IMG/VR virus record: IMGVR_UViG_3300042466_000346
Location: 1-58,931 of that record
DNA length: 58,931 bases
Reading direction: 5' to 3' (one strand)
DNA from: a virus
Lineage: Duplodnaviria > Caudoviricetes
Under the pieces are notes generated by a model. The model had not been told where the DNA came from. It saw nothing but the letters and a program-made list of their open reading frames with translations, and made no database searches. This document shows, one piece after another, positions 1 through 10,078 of the stretch. The translations under genes and the position numbers were made by a program. Positions within the stretch are counted from its first letter, which is position 1. Every line of letters starts with the position of its first letter.

Positions 1-1095
1 TTAGGCAAGGAGGAGTCTTCAGAACTAGATAATATTACTATCTGGGTAAGTGACGAGGAGAAGGGCAAGGAGATGATTCTCAAGAACCGTGAGAACGTCA
101 AGAAGGCATCTGGACTTGAAGCTTACCTGAAGGAAATAATGTACTACCCTCTAACACACGAGGAGTGCTTTATGGAGATGTCTCAGAACATCTTCCCAGT
201 AGACTTACTTCAAGAACAATTACAGAAGCTAGTCAATAACGACATCAAGGGAGATAACGTAGAACTCTACTTCAAGCAAGATGGTAAAGTTGCACACAAA
301 TTCACTGACAAAAAGCCAGTAGTAAACTTTCCAGTTAAACCGGCAGATGACATTGAGGGTTGCGTAGTTATTTGGGAATACCCAATATCAGACGCACCTT
401 ACGGTCTTTATACTGGTGGAACGGATCCATACAAACAATCACAAGCCCATTACTCAACTTCTTTGGGTTCCACCTACATTTACAAGAGAGTGCATAACCT
501 CTCAGGTGAAGGTTGGCAAAACATAGTAGTAGCTGCATACACAGGTCGCCCTAAGAAGATTGAGCAATGGTATGAGACTACCAAGATGCTCTTAATGTAC
601 TACAACGCAAAGACTCTGTGTGAAAACATGGACTATGGTTTTATCCAGCATTGCGTAGAAAAGAACATTGGACCTAGAGTACTAGAGAGAACTCCTTCCT
701 TCCTAACAGATATTCACCCTAACTCTACAGTTAATCGTGACTATGGAATTCACATGACAAGGGAAATTAAATCTCACTTGCTAGGATTAATTATTGAATA
801 TCTTACGGAAGAGATTGATATTGAGAGAGATGCGGACGGTAATGTTGTAAAAACTAGGTTAGGTGTATCTAGAATTTTAGATCCTCTCTTGTTAAAAGAA
901 TTACTAAAATTTACACCAAAACTTAACGTTGACCGTATTATTGCATTTGGATTGACATTAGCTATGTCTAGAACTCTTGCTAACAAGATTACAGTGCATA
1001 GTAATTCTGAGGATGACCGACTCAAAGAATACTTTAGGAGTCGTAAACCTTATTCACCTTTTAGAAGTAGCACCTCATCACCATTTAGATTATAA
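1..1095 (+). CDS. terL: Terminase large subunit, C-terminal nuclease half (5'-truncated by window edge)
   Basis: Frame is open from base 1. RNase H-fold terminase motifs GGTDPY, TLCEN and DRIIAFGL; directly upstream of portal as in crAss-like phages. Confidence 0.9.
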   Translation, partial: LGKEESSELDNITIWVSDEEKGKEMILKNRENVKKASGLEAYLKEIMYYPLTHEECFMEMSQNIFPVDLLQEQLQKLVNNDIKGDNVELYFKQDGKVAHKFTDKKPVVNFPVKPADDIEGCVVIWEYPISDAPYGLYTGGTDPYKQSQAHYSTSLGSTYIYKRVHNLSGEGWQNIVVAAYTGRPKKIEQWYETTKMLLMYYNAKTLCENMDYGFIQHCVEKNIGPRVLERTPSFLTDIHPNSTVNRDYGIHMTREIKSHLLGLIIEYLTEEIDIERDADGNVVKTRLGVSRILDPLLLKELLKFTPKLNVDRIIAFGLTLAMSRTLANKITVHSNSEDDRLKEYFRSRKPYSPFRSSTSSPFRL

Positions 1096-1101
1096 CAAGC
1101 C

Positions 1102-3546
1102 ATGATTATAGAAGTTTTAAAGGAATTCAATGACCCATTAAACAATGCGTACATTTATCCTAAGCAATTTGTAACCAAAAAAGAGAAGGAGACGGAGTCC
1201 TTCATAAAGTCCACTATGGACTACTTTGCAAATATTGCATTTGCTCAGTATAAGCAGAACGTCAAGTTCCGAAAAAACTACAGACTGTATAACGGAGAGT
1301 TTAACTTTAACGATTACGTTAACCAGCCAGAGTATAAAGAACTGATTGACTACTTGTCTGACGTACCTGACCAAGAGCCAGAAGTACCTCAGTACTTGAA
1401 GCACTACTCCATCGTGACTTCTCCGCTTAACCAGCTTAAGGGTGAGTTGATTAACAGACCTCACAAATACAAAGTAAAGGCTGTAGATGACGAGGCAATC
1501 AACGAGACCATTGACTTCCGTACCAACATCATCAAGGATTATTTCTTGGAGAACTTGGCTCGTGAATTAGAAGGTCAGCAGTTGAGTCCTGAAGAAAGAG
1601 CTGAGCGGGAACAAAAAATCCAGAATGATATTTTGGATTATACCTCTGTAGCTGAGGAGTGGGGTAACAAGGTATTGAATGCTTTGCGTTACCACTTTAA
1701 CTTTAAGGCCCAATCTCAAGAATCATTCCTGGATTTCCTTATTACCGGCCAAGAGTATCACCACTTCTATCCCGATAACTCTCGCATGGGTTTCAACTAC
1801 AAGGTAGAGAATCCATCTAACGTATGGTACTTGGCAAACCGGAATGCTCACTACACTTCCGATTGTTGGGCAGTAGGAACTATCGAGGTTCTTTCTTTGA
1901 CAGAAATTGTAGATAGATACTCTTTGACTGCTAAAGAAATTGACCACTTGGAAGAAAGAGCTGTGCAGAACTTGCGTAACAACGAGTACTCACCGATGTC
2001 TCCTGCCCTTCCTAACCCAAATGATCCTTTGTGGCAGTTGACTTTTGAGAACGTAGGTGACTTTGCCAATGGAGGTATTGACCACAACGTATTCTCATTT
2101 AACTCTCAACATGCTTTCACAGTAGTTACTGCTTACTGGCAGTCTAAGAAACTAATCTACAAGAGAACTTACCTAGATGAGGAAGGATTTCAGCAAGAGA
2201 TGTTTGTATCTGAAGATTACAAGTTTGACAAAAAACTTGGTGACGTAAGCTTGGAAGAAATCTGGGTAAACGAGTGGTGGAGAGGTATCAAGATTGGTGC
2301 CGATATCTACATCAACATCGAACCTTTAGAGTTCTCACAAACTGTACCTATCGTAGGTATTGTCAATACTACCCGTAACACTCAAGGTAAATCACTTTTG
2401 GATTTGATTAAGCCTTACCAGATTCTTTACAACATCTGTATGAACCAGCTTTGGGAATTGCTAGAAAAAGAAGTGGGTGTGGTATTCTTGGGTGACCTTA
2501 AGGTTGTGCCTAAGAAAGACTCTCAAGATCCAATCGAGATGATGCTTTGGAACGCTAAGAACCGAGGAGCATTGTTTATCGATACTTCAATTGAGAATAC
2601 CGGAGGAGCTGTACAGTTCAACCAGATGTCTCGTGTTGACTTGAGTCGTAGTGCCGAGATACAAACTCGTATTCAATTAGCTCAGACACTCCGTATGGAA
2701 GCCTACGAGTTGATTGGTATCACTCGCCAACGTTTAGGTAGCACTACTCCTTCGGAAACAGCAACTGCAGCTAACAACTCTCTGCAGCAATCATTCTCTC
2801 AAACAGAAACCTGGTTTGCTTTCCACGATATTGTTCTTCAGAAAGTATACCAGACAATGCTAGACGTTGTTCAGTACATTGAGTTGCAGAAGCCAACCTC
2901 TACTTTGAACTATCTTAACTCTGAGTTAGAGTCTGTGTTCTTGAAAGTAAACAAGAATGAGTTGCTTCACGAGTTGTTCGTGTTCGTATCCTCTTATGCA
3001 GAAGACAAAGTTACCTTGGAACAGATGAAACAGTTGGCTCAACCTGCTATGCAGAACGGAGCAGAGTTGGCAGAGATGCTCGACTTGTTTACTGCTGCCT
3101 CTGAAAGAAGTCTTCGTAAGACCTTGAACGATGTACAGAAACGTAAGGAAGCTGTTCGTCAACAAGAACAAGCTATGAAGCAGCAAGAGTTGCAACAACA
3201 GCAACAACAGTTCCAGCAGAAGATGGAATTTGAAGCACAGTTGAAGCAGCAAGAAGCTGAGCGTGAGGACTTGAACAAGGAACTTGATCGTCAGAACAGA
3301 CTTGAGGTTGAGAAACTGAAAGGTATTGCTAACGAAGGTTCTTATAACCCAGAAGTAGACACTACTCAACTTCTGATTGAACAGACCAAGTTATCACAAG
3401 CTGCTTCTAAAGACAGTTTTGCTAAGAGTGCCAAGTCCCGTGAAATCAATATCAAGGAGAAAGAACTTCAGTTGAAAGAGAAGGACATCGACACCAAGTT
3501 AAAAATTGCTGAGATTAACAAAAACCGCTTCGACAGAAAGAAATAA
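1102..3546 (+). CDS. Portal protein (crAss-like)
   Basis: 814 aa after terL; crAss-portal-like segments (YRLYNG, LKGELINRP, WVNEWWRGIKIG, LIGITRQRLG) and Q/E/K-rich coiled-coil C-terminus. Confidence 0.9.
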   Translation: MIIEVLKEFNDPLNNAYIYPKQFVTKKEKETESFIKSTMDYFANIAFAQYKQNVKFRKNYRLYNGEFNFNDYVNQPEYKELIDYLSDVPDQEPEVPQYLKHYSIVTSPLNQLKGELINRPHKYKVKAVDDEAINETIDFRTNIIKDYFLENLARELEGQQLSPEERAEREQKIQNDILDYTSVAEEWGNKVLNALRYHFNFKAQSQESFLDFLITGQEYHHFYPDNSRMGFNYKVENPSNVWYLANRNAHYTSDCWAVGTIEVLSLTEIVDRYSLTAKEIDHLEERAVQNLRNNEYSPMSPALPNPNDPLWQLTFENVGDFANGGIDHNVFSFNSQHAFTVVTAYWQSKKLIYKRTYLDEEGFQQEMFVSEDYKFDKKLGDVSLEEIWVNEWWRGIKIGADIYINIEPLEFSQTVPIVGIVNTTRNTQGKSLLDLIKPYQILYNICMNQLWELLEKEVGVVFLGDLKVVPKKDSQDPIEMMLWNAKNRGALFIDTSIENTGGAVQFNQMSRVDLSRSAEIQTRIQLAQTLRMEAYELIGITRQRLGSTTPSETATAANNSLQQSFSQTETWFAFHDIVLQKVYQTMLDVVQYIELQKPTSTLNYLNSELESVFLKVNKNELLHELFVFVSSYAEDKVTLEQMKQLAQPAMQNGAELAEMLDLFTAASERSLRKTLNDVQKRKEAVRQQEQAMKQQELQQQQQQFQQKMEFEAQLKQQEAEREDLNKELDRQNRLEVEKLKGIANEGSYNPEVDTTQLLIEQTKLSQAASKDSFAKSAKSREINIKEKELQLKEKDIDTKLKIAEINKNRFDRKK

Positions 3547-3549
3547 AAT

Positions 3550-3590
3550 AAAGGCCGTCAACTATTTCTATAATAATAACGGCCTTTTTT
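3550..3590 (+). terminator. Intrinsic terminator after portal
   Basis: AAAGGCCGT...ACGGCCTTT inverted repeat running into a T tract; long loop. Confidence 0.6.
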
Positions 3591-3596
3591 AACTTC

Positions 3597-3626
3597 TTGC
3601 GTTAATTTTTTAATATATTACTTTTG
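3597..3626 (+). promoter_or_regulatory. Bacteroidota sigma-A promoter (-33 TTG / -7 TAnnTTTG)
   Basis: TTG 3597-3599, 19-nt spacer, TACTTTTG 3619-3626. Confidence 0.8.
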
Positions 3627-3647
3627 AACCTAACCAAACCAACCAAC
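3627..3647 (+). promoter_or_regulatory. AACC-repeat 5' leader
   Basis: AACCTAACCAAACCAACCAAC immediately before ATG 3648; similar leader at 6446-6470. Confidence 0.55.
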
Positions 3648-4823
3648 ATGAGTACTAATGAAAACCCATTAGAGAATTTAGAGTTCTTTGAAACATTCTC
3701 CAGTGACGATCCAATTGATGCAGCGCCTCAATATGATCCCAACAAAAACGTTGCACCTGATATTTTAGGTGCAGATGGTAAAATTAAAGACCCCATCCTA
3801 GAACCAGATGACGAGGAGGAAGAGGAGGAAGAAAATCCAACTCCAGTTCCTGCTCCGAAGTCTACTCCAAAACCTCCTGCTAATCCTCTTAATGAGGACG
3901 AAGAAGAAGAGGAAGAAGAGTCTACTGGTCTAGAGGACAATGAAGATGATGAAGTTAACTACTTTGAAGTTTTCGGAAAAGGACTGGTAAAAGCAGGTAT
4001 GCTTGAACTAGAAGAAAACGAAGAAGTAGAGTGGACTGAAGAAACCTTCTTGTCTAAGATGGACGAGACCATTGAAAAGAAAGCTTGGGACACATTAGAA
4101 GGACTTGCAATGGAAACTTACGGAGAAGCCGGAGTTAAACTTGTTGAAGATATCTTCATTAATAAAGCACCTATCCAACAATACCTTCAGATGTTTGCTA
4201 ACCAGCAAGTAGTAGCAGATGTTGACTTGGATGACGTAGTTAACCAAGAAAGAGTTGTTCGTCTTTACCTAGCTAAAACAGGAATGGACGAGGACGAAAT
4301 TGAGGACCAAGTTACGTTTGCTGTTAACAATGATAAATTGGGAGCCTATGCACAGAAGTATCATGGTAAACTAGTTGAAAGACTGAACCAAGAGAAAGAT
4401 GCATTAGCCCAACAAAGCCGTGAGCAGGTTATGATGCAGAAGCAACGTGACCAAGAACGTGAAGAGTCTTACGCAGCTGTTCTAGAAAAATCTATCAAAT
4501 CTGGTGATATCGAAGGGTATCCCATTAATGAGAGATCAGCTAGCGACCTTTTCCAATTCGTTCTTGCCAAGCCTCACCAGTTACCCAATGGACAACGCAT
4601 TACTGAGTTTGAATACAAACTTGCTCGTATGCGCCAAGAAGACCCTTCAAAATTTTTAGCACTGGCACGTTTAGTTCAAAATGATTTGGACTTAACTCCC
4701 GTAAAGAAAAAGGGAGTTACAGAAGAAACTAACTCCATCTTTAATGAGTTGAAGACCAAAACAAAAAAGACAACTAAGAGTTCAAAGTCTGACCAAGACG
4801 TTTTCTCTAGGTACTTTAAATAA
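3648..4823 (+). CDS. Acidic scaffolding-like protein preceding the capsid gene
   Basis: Very acidic Pro/Glu-rich N-terminus, helical C-terminus, conserved position between portal and MCP. ATG 3648 preferred over TTG 3624, which lies inside the promoter. Confidence 0.65.
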   Translation: MSTNENPLENLEFFETFSSDDPIDAAPQYDPNKNVAPDILGADGKIKDPILEPDDEEEEEEENPTPVPAPKSTPKPPANPLNEDEEEEEEESTGLEDNEDDEVNYFEVFGKGLVKAGMLELEENEEVEWTEETFLSKMDETIEKKAWDTLEGLAMETYGEAGVKLVEDIFINKAPIQQYLQMFANQQVVADVDLDDVVNQERVVRLYLAKTGMDEDEIEDQVTFAVNNDKLGAYAQKYHGKLVERLNQEKDALAQQSREQVMMQKQRDQEREESYAAVLEKSIKSGDIEGYPINERSASDLFQFVLAKPHQLPNGQRITEFEYKLARMRQEDPSKFLALARLVQNDLDLTPVKKKGVTEETNSIFNELKTKTKKTTKSSKSDQDVFSRYFK

Positions 4824-4846
4824 AAAAATAAACACAAAATACTACT

Positions 4847-6391
4847 ATGCCAAATCTAAGTATGCCAAGGGTCAACGGGTCAGTTATAGCTAACGCCCAC
4901 ATGACCAGTTCTTACTATTCTAAGAATGGTTTGAACAAACTCACCGAAAAGAACTTCGTTGAGACAATGTTGAAGTCTAAGCCTGACCAGTATGACAAAA
5001 TGATGATTCGTTTGTTTACAGACACTCGTTTGTATTCTAACGATTTGATCGACCTTGTTATGAAGTCTGGTAAGCCTTTCTCTGTTAACGATCCTAATGG
5101 TGTTTTCACCTACAAGATCAAGAAGCGTGCTGAGTTGCCTAAAGTAATTGCTACTTACGCTGCCGGTTCTACTTCTGCTTTGCCTGCTAGACCAGGTATT
5201 GACGGACAAGAGTTTGACGTTGTTTTTGACAAGCAAGCTTTCAACGTGAACGACATTATCACTGCTCACCGCTACGAGCAAGAAACTCAAATCCAAATTG
5301 TTGCTGAGCCTGAGCGTTTCCAGAACGGTTTCAGATACCGTTGTCGTGCCGCTGGTTCAACTTCAGCTGACTTTGTTAACGTACGTTTCCTCGTTGTAGG
5401 AGTTGAGTACTTCAAAGTTGGTAACGTGTTGGGTGAGTACACTACCAGCTTCTCTGGTCTTGGCTTGTTCGACGGTAACTTGGAAGTAATGGCTGACGTT
5501 CTTAACCAATATGGTGTAGAGCACACTATTACTGACTGGGCTGATGCTACCAAATTGGGTGCACAAACTGATGCTACTGGTAATCCTTTGGATATCACTT
5601 ACTACTCTGTAACTGATGCTAATGCTGAAGGTGAAAAAACCAAGATTGTTGGTTGGGAGCCTACAGTATCTCGCTTGTTGCGTATGGAAATGTTGCGTAT
5701 GCGTGCCAACATGTTGATGTGGGGTCGTCAAGGTAACACTAAAGATGAAAAAGGTCGTCCAACTCGTTTGAAGCCAGGTTTGTGGCAGCAATTGCACTTG
5801 GGTAACGTTCTTTACTATGACCGTGGTCAGTTCTCTTTGAACCTTTTGCGTTCTGCTATCGGAGACTTGTTCTACAACCGTGTTAAATTGGCTGATCGTT
5901 ACGTAAAAGTATACACCAACCGTGCAGGTATGGAATTGGCTTCTACTGCTATCCGTAAAGATTTCAACAGCTCAAACATGACTTTGAATGCTGAGAAATT
6001 CATGGATGGTAAAGATCGCTTGAAGCAAGGTTATGCATTGCAGTTTGACCACTTCATGACTACTGAGACAGGTCCAGTAGAATTCATCGAATTGGAACAG
6101 TTGAACGAGCATGCTACTTTCTTGGAGTTGGGTCCTAACAAGAAGACTCCTCCAATCTTCATCATCATGGACGTAAGCAACGAAGGTGGTGCTAACATCC
6201 GTGAGGTGAAATTGTCTACTCGTCCTAACATGTACTACCAGTACATTGCCGGTTCAGTAGGATTCGGACAGTCACAAACTGTTATCGCCAACAAAGATCC
6301 ATACAGTACCTACATCATGAAGGACTTCTGTGGTATCTTCTTGGAAGATCCTACCCGTACCGTAATCATCAAAGAATACCCACGCTTGTAA
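4847..6391 (+). CDS. Major capsid protein (crAss-like)
   Basis: 514 aa, strong high-expression codon bias (AAC, TAC, TTG, CGT), crAss MCP-like segments (LMWGR, PGLWQQL, GIFLEDPTR), synteny. Confidence 0.88.
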   Translation: MPNLSMPRVNGSVIANAHMTSSYYSKNGLNKLTEKNFVETMLKSKPDQYDKMMIRLFTDTRLYSNDLIDLVMKSGKPFSVNDPNGVFTYKIKKRAELPKVIATYAAGSTSALPARPGIDGQEFDVVFDKQAFNVNDIITAHRYEQETQIQIVAEPERFQNGFRYRCRAAGSTSADFVNVRFLVVGVEYFKVGNVLGEYTTSFSGLGLFDGNLEVMADVLNQYGVEHTITDWADATKLGAQTDATGNPLDITYYSVTDANAEGEKTKIVGWEPTVSRLLRMEMLRMRANMLMWGRQGNTKDEKGRPTRLKPGLWQQLHLGNVLYYDRGQFSLNLLRSAIGDLFYNRVKLADRYVKVYTNRAGMELASTAIRKDFNSSNMTLNAEKFMDGKDRLKQGYALQFDHFMTTETGPVEFIELEQLNEHATFLELGPNKKTPPIFIIMDVSNEGGANIREVKLSTRPNMYYQYIAGSVGFGQSQTVIANKDPYSTYIMKDFCGIFLEDPTRTVIIKEYPRL

Positions 6392-6400
6392 TTTTAGCGG

Positions 6401-6436
6401 TCTATGACGGGGGAGGTAACACTCCCCCTTAATAGA
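6401..6436 (+). terminator. Stem-loop after MCP (terminator or stabilising hairpin)
   Basis: GGGGGAG/CTCCCCC stem 6409-6428 with outer TCTAT/ATAGA pairing; weak U tract. Confidence 0.6.
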
Positions 6437-6445
6437 TATAAAATT

Positions 6446-6470
6446 AACCAAAACCTAAACCAACCAAAAT
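6446..6470 (+). promoter_or_regulatory. AACC-repeat 5' leader
   Basis: AACCAAAACCTAAACCAACCAAAAT just before ATG 6472. Confidence 0.55.
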
Positions 6471-6471
6471 A

Positions 6472-7410
6472 ATGAAAGATATTGCCAGAGGGGTACGTAT
6501 TATTAAACCCTACAGAAAAGATCCCGGAACTAACTTGCGTACGTTAGAAGGATCATTGTACCAGAATGGTTACAATTTTATTCCAGGAACAGCTCGTAAG
6601 TTTTACCCTAGGGTAGATTCACGAGGAGTAATCAGAACCGGATTAGATGAGACTTCTCAAAAGTTGAAATCTATTTTGGATTTGAAAGTAAGAGAACAAG
6701 AAACTCAACGAGTAAAGCAACTTAAGGAATACTACGAAGCTTTATTGGATGAGTCCTTAGATCCTACTAGCACGTTCTATGACGAAATTAAAGATAATGG
6801 TATCGGCCTCGAAGATGGCGATAACATTTTTAACTTGGATAACCCAAGAGACGCTGTGAATTTTTACTGGCTCATGGAGACAGAAATGATTGCAGAGAAT
6901 CTTGATGCTATCGAGACCGGAACTGTAGACACCTCATTGGTAAAATTCTACGTGTTTGATGGTACAGTTGAATCTAAAGTTACGTTTGACCGTAAGAAGA
7001 AGATCAACAGTGCAATTGCATCTTTAGATAAGATGACAGCATCTAAGCGTAAGAAGATCCAAAAGTTGATCGGTTTAGGATTAGCTGCAGATTCTTCAGA
7101 AGAAGACATCTACATCTCCCTAGACGAGTACTTGCGTACTCCTGCATCATCTCTAGGAATGGACCCAATCGAGAACTTCTCTCGAATTACTGCATACAGC
7201 GATGATTTGTTAGACGTTAAAGCTTTGGTTAAGGACTTGTTAGATACAAACATTGTTAGAATTAAAGGTTCTATTATCTACGAAGGTGATAATGTTTGGG
7301 CCAAGTCACTTGAAGAGTTTGAACTTTTCTTGGCTGACCCTAAAAACACCGTAGAATATACTGCCTTTAAGGACAAACTGAAGAATAAATTAAAGATAAG
7401 CGCACTCTAA
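6472..7410 (+). CDS. Conserved crAss-like protein downstream of MCP (function unknown, likely assembly)
   Basis: 312-aa ORF in the conserved post-MCP slot; FNLDNPRD motif. Confidence 0.6.
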   Translation: MKDIARGVRIIKPYRKDPGTNLRTLEGSLYQNGYNFIPGTARKFYPRVDSRGVIRTGLDETSQKLKSILDLKVREQETQRVKQLKEYYEALLDESLDPTSTFYDEIKDNGIGLEDGDNIFNLDNPRDAVNFYWLMETEMIAENLDAIETGTVDTSLVKFYVFDGTVESKVTFDRKKKINSAIASLDKMTASKRKKIQKLIGLGLAADSSEEDIYISLDEYLRTPASSLGMDPIENFSRITAYSDDLLDVKALVKDLLDTNIVRIKGSIIYEGDNVWAKSLEEFELFLADPKNTVEYTAFKDKLKNKLKISAL

Positions 7411-7413
7411 TAA

Positions 7414-8130
7414 ATGATACCTGTAGAAGATCTGGTGTACGAGTTTAAGTTGATGATTAATAAAGTCAACAGACAGGATAACGTTGATATCCCTGTGGAG
7501 GACATTATTCTCTATTTGAACCGTGCCCAAATGTCTTGGATTAAAACAAGAATTAATCCTAACAACATCTACAAGACAGGGTATGAATCTATTAGAAAAC
7601 GCATTGATGACCTTCAAGTTCTGAAGATTAACAGTGCTAGCTTAAAACCCGTTAAAACTAACGACCTCTTTCATGTCGGATATGAATGTCCACTAGAAGA
7701 TGTTGCTAACTATATGTTTTACGTGTCGTCACATTGTGTGGGAAAGAAGCAAAACTGCTCCAAGAACATCTCAATTGACCTCGTAAGAGAAGGTGACTTA
7801 GATACTATGTATCTCGACGCAAACTTTAGCCCTTCATTTGAATGGAGAAGCACACTAGCTACCATAGGCAATAATAAGTTGTTCGTATACACAGCAGACG
7901 AGTTCGTTATTGAGAAAGTCTTTTTGACTTACTTAAGGTATCCAAAAAATATAGACATGGATGGCTATAGTAAGTTAGATGGAACTGACTCTATTAATCA
8001 GAACTGTGAGTTACCTGAATACGCTAAGGGAGACATTGTTGACCTGGCCGTTAAGTTTGCAGCACAATCTAATGATAATCAAATCCAAGCTGCATTTGCA
8101 GAGGATAGGTTAGTTAAAAACTCAGAATAA
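7414..8130 (+). CDS. Head-tail ring/adaptor protein (crAss-like)
   Basis: LNRAQ, GYESIRKRIDDLQVL, YLRYP and CELPE...IVDLAV resemble crAss ring proteins. Confidence 0.7.
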   Translation: MIPVEDLVYEFKLMINKVNRQDNVDIPVEDIILYLNRAQMSWIKTRINPNNIYKTGYESIRKRIDDLQVLKINSASLKPVKTNDLFHVGYECPLEDVANYMFYVSSHCVGKKQNCSKNISIDLVREGDLDTMYLDANFSPSFEWRSTLATIGNNKLFVYTADEFVIEKVFLTYLRYPKNIDMDGYSKLDGTDSINQNCELPEYAKGDIVDLAVKFAAQSNDNQIQAAFAEDRLVKNSE

Positions 8131-8141
8131 AACATAAAAAT

Positions 8142-9521
8142 ATGAATCACAAAATCACACAAGTGTTCGTAGTTGGTGGATCCGCTGCGACCGTAGACAC
8201 CTCCGCAGAAGCATTTCCAGGTACTGGTACTACAGATACCTTGAAGGCTCGCCAGTTGAACTTCTACAAGCCTGACTATTCTGTAATTGCTCGTGCAGCT
8301 GCAACTGCAACTATCGGTAACGATATCTTTGTTGCTGTAGGAACTTCAGATACTGTAGGTTCTAAGTTTGGTAGTTTCAAGTCTTCTGTAATCAAAAAGC
8401 AGAATTTGACTCGTGTTACTAAGAGTGTTTACAACAACACTACTAGACAGCAGATTACCTTCATTGGTTATGATGAAATCACTGCCAGCAAAACTCCTTC
8501 TTTTGCTTGTGACGAAGAGTACTTCGTAACTTTCAAAATTGATGAGTACTGGTCTAAGGGTATTTATCAGCCTTTGATTCAAGAGTCAGTTCGTGTTAAA
8601 ACTACTTCTTGCACAGAGTGCGGTGGTGGTTGCGATGCTTTGAACTGCTGGGCTTTCATGCAGGAATTGACCGACAAAATCAATGCTAACCCTATCTTGA
8701 GTAAGTACTTGAGTGCTACTCACTCTATTGTAGGTTCAGCACCAACTTACCGTTATGTATTGAACTTGCCTGACTCAGGTGATTCAACTGCAGAAGCAGC
8801 TACTTTAACTGCATTGCAGGCTTACTACCCATCTGGAACTTATGGTACCATCACTGAGACCAACACCGAAGATGCTGACTCTACTGGTCAAATTTTCTTC
8901 ATCATTGCTACTCCTTTGGTTGCAATTGAGAACATGCCTGTTTACAACGGTATTGCTTGGGAGAAACAGTTGGTATCTGCAGGTTCAGTAACTTCTTGCG
9001 GTATCAAAGTAACTGGTAAAGCAGTTGATGCTTTTGGTAACGCTTGCGTACCTGATGCAGTTCCTTACGTATTCAACTTGGTTAAGTTCCAAGCTAAAGT
9101 ACACAGAGGTCCTTTCAACTCTCAAGATTTTGATATCGATGATATGCAAACTCCTTGGGCTATCACCACTGTACAAAGCATCCAGTACCCAATTGGTGCC
9201 GTAAGTGCTTTGGCTGAGATGGAGCGTAACTACTTCACTAATAACTTGCCTGCAGTTGCAGAAGCTCGTTACTACTGGAACCCTATCTACAACGAAGCTG
9301 CTAACCCATTCTTCTTCGTAGATCAGACCCGTACTGCAAGTGGTTACACTATGTTCGAAATCTGCTACACAGATCCTTCTCCAGTTGGATTTGAGAAGAA
9401 AGACTTGAACGAGCATGCGGTTGTGTTGTTGGTAGATGCTGCAGTTTCCAGTTTGGTTGCTGACGTACAGATCTTCTTGAACAACTTCTTGAGCGGTTCT
9501 GCGTTGCCTCAATTGGTATAA
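8142..9521 (+). CDS. Abundant structural protein, probable auxiliary capsid protein
   Basis: 459 aa, MCP-like codon bias, followed by a strong terminator; position matches the crAss auxiliary capsid gene. Confidence 0.6.
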   Translation: MNHKITQVFVVGGSAATVDTSAEAFPGTGTTDTLKARQLNFYKPDYSVIARAAATATIGNDIFVAVGTSDTVGSKFGSFKSSVIKKQNLTRVTKSVYNNTTRQQITFIGYDEITASKTPSFACDEEYFVTFKIDEYWSKGIYQPLIQESVRVKTTSCTECGGGCDALNCWAFMQELTDKINANPILSKYLSATHSIVGSAPTYRYVLNLPDSGDSTAEAATLTALQAYYPSGTYGTITETNTEDADSTGQIFFIIATPLVAIENMPVYNGIAWEKQLVSAGSVTSCGIKVTGKAVDAFGNACVPDAVPYVFNLVKFQAKVHRGPFNSQDFDIDDMQTPWAITTVQSIQYPIGAVSALAEMERNYFTNNLPAVAEARYYWNPIYNEAANPFFFVDQTRTASGYTMFEICYTDPSPVGFEKKDLNEHAVVLLVDAAVSSLVADVQIFLNNFLSGSALPQLV

Positions 9522-9528
9522 TCTTAAC

Positions 9529-9555
9529 GGGGAGGATTAACCTCCTCCCCTTTTT
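9529..9555 (+). terminator. Intrinsic terminator
   Basis: GGGGAGGA/TCCTCCCC stem followed by TTTTT. Confidence 0.8.
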
Positions 9556-9579
9556 ATCACCCTTTAATTTAAATAAAAA

Positions 9580-10041
9580 ATGAAAGATATTATTCTAAAA
9601 ACAGGCACCCATACCGTAGCTGTAACTAACAAGGATGTAGCTTCTGGAAAAATCCCAGGAACTTCTCTTGAGAAGTTTGTAGTTAACTTGCTGAAGAACC
9701 CTAGCTGTTGCGCTAAGTTTGTAGTATTGACCAAAGGAACTGTAACTCAAGGCACAAGTGTTACGACTGCAGTTACTTTGAATCAACCTGCTGGCGAACT
9801 TGTAACATTCTCTTTGGCTGCTATAGCTGCAGATACTACTGCAACCTTTACTGTAAACAACTCCTTCGTTAAGGCAGATTCATTGATTCTTGCTAACGTA
9901 GTTGATTGGACAGGCAGTACCGGTTTCCCTCTAATCATCGTAGATGATGTTGTTGCTGGTTCATTTAAGATTAGCATCAGAAACGTGTCAGCATCTGCTG
10001 CACTTGATGGTGTTCTAACTGTTGGATTTGCAATCATGTAA
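9580..10041 (+). CDS. Small beta-rich structural (head fibre/decoration-like) protein
   Basis: 153 aa, T/V/A-rich beta character (TFTVNNSFVKADSLIL, GSFKISIRN); flanked by terminators. Confidence 0.5.
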   Translation: MKDIILKTGTHTVAVTNKDVASGKIPGTSLEKFVVNLLKNPSCCAKFVVLTKGTVTQGTSVTTAVTLNQPAGELVTFSLAAIAADTTATFTVNNSFVKADSLILANVVDWTGSTGFPLIIVDDVVAGSFKISIRNVSASAALDGVLTVGFAIM

Positions 10042-10047
10042 TTTAAC

Positions 10048-10073
10048 GGGGTGGGAAACCACCCCTTATTTTT
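10048..10073 (+). terminator. Intrinsic terminator
   Basis: GGGGTGG-GAAA-CCACCCC followed by TTATTTTT. Confidence 0.8.
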
Positions 10074-10078
10074 AAACT

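Noticed and set aside
3624-3647. TTG start at 3624 for the scaffold-like gene
   Set aside because: It overlaps the promoter -7 element; ATG 3648 is more plausible.
3160-3960. Gln-rich (portal) and Glu-rich (scaffold) codon runs
   Set aside because: Ordinary low-complexity protein segments, not DNA repeat elements.
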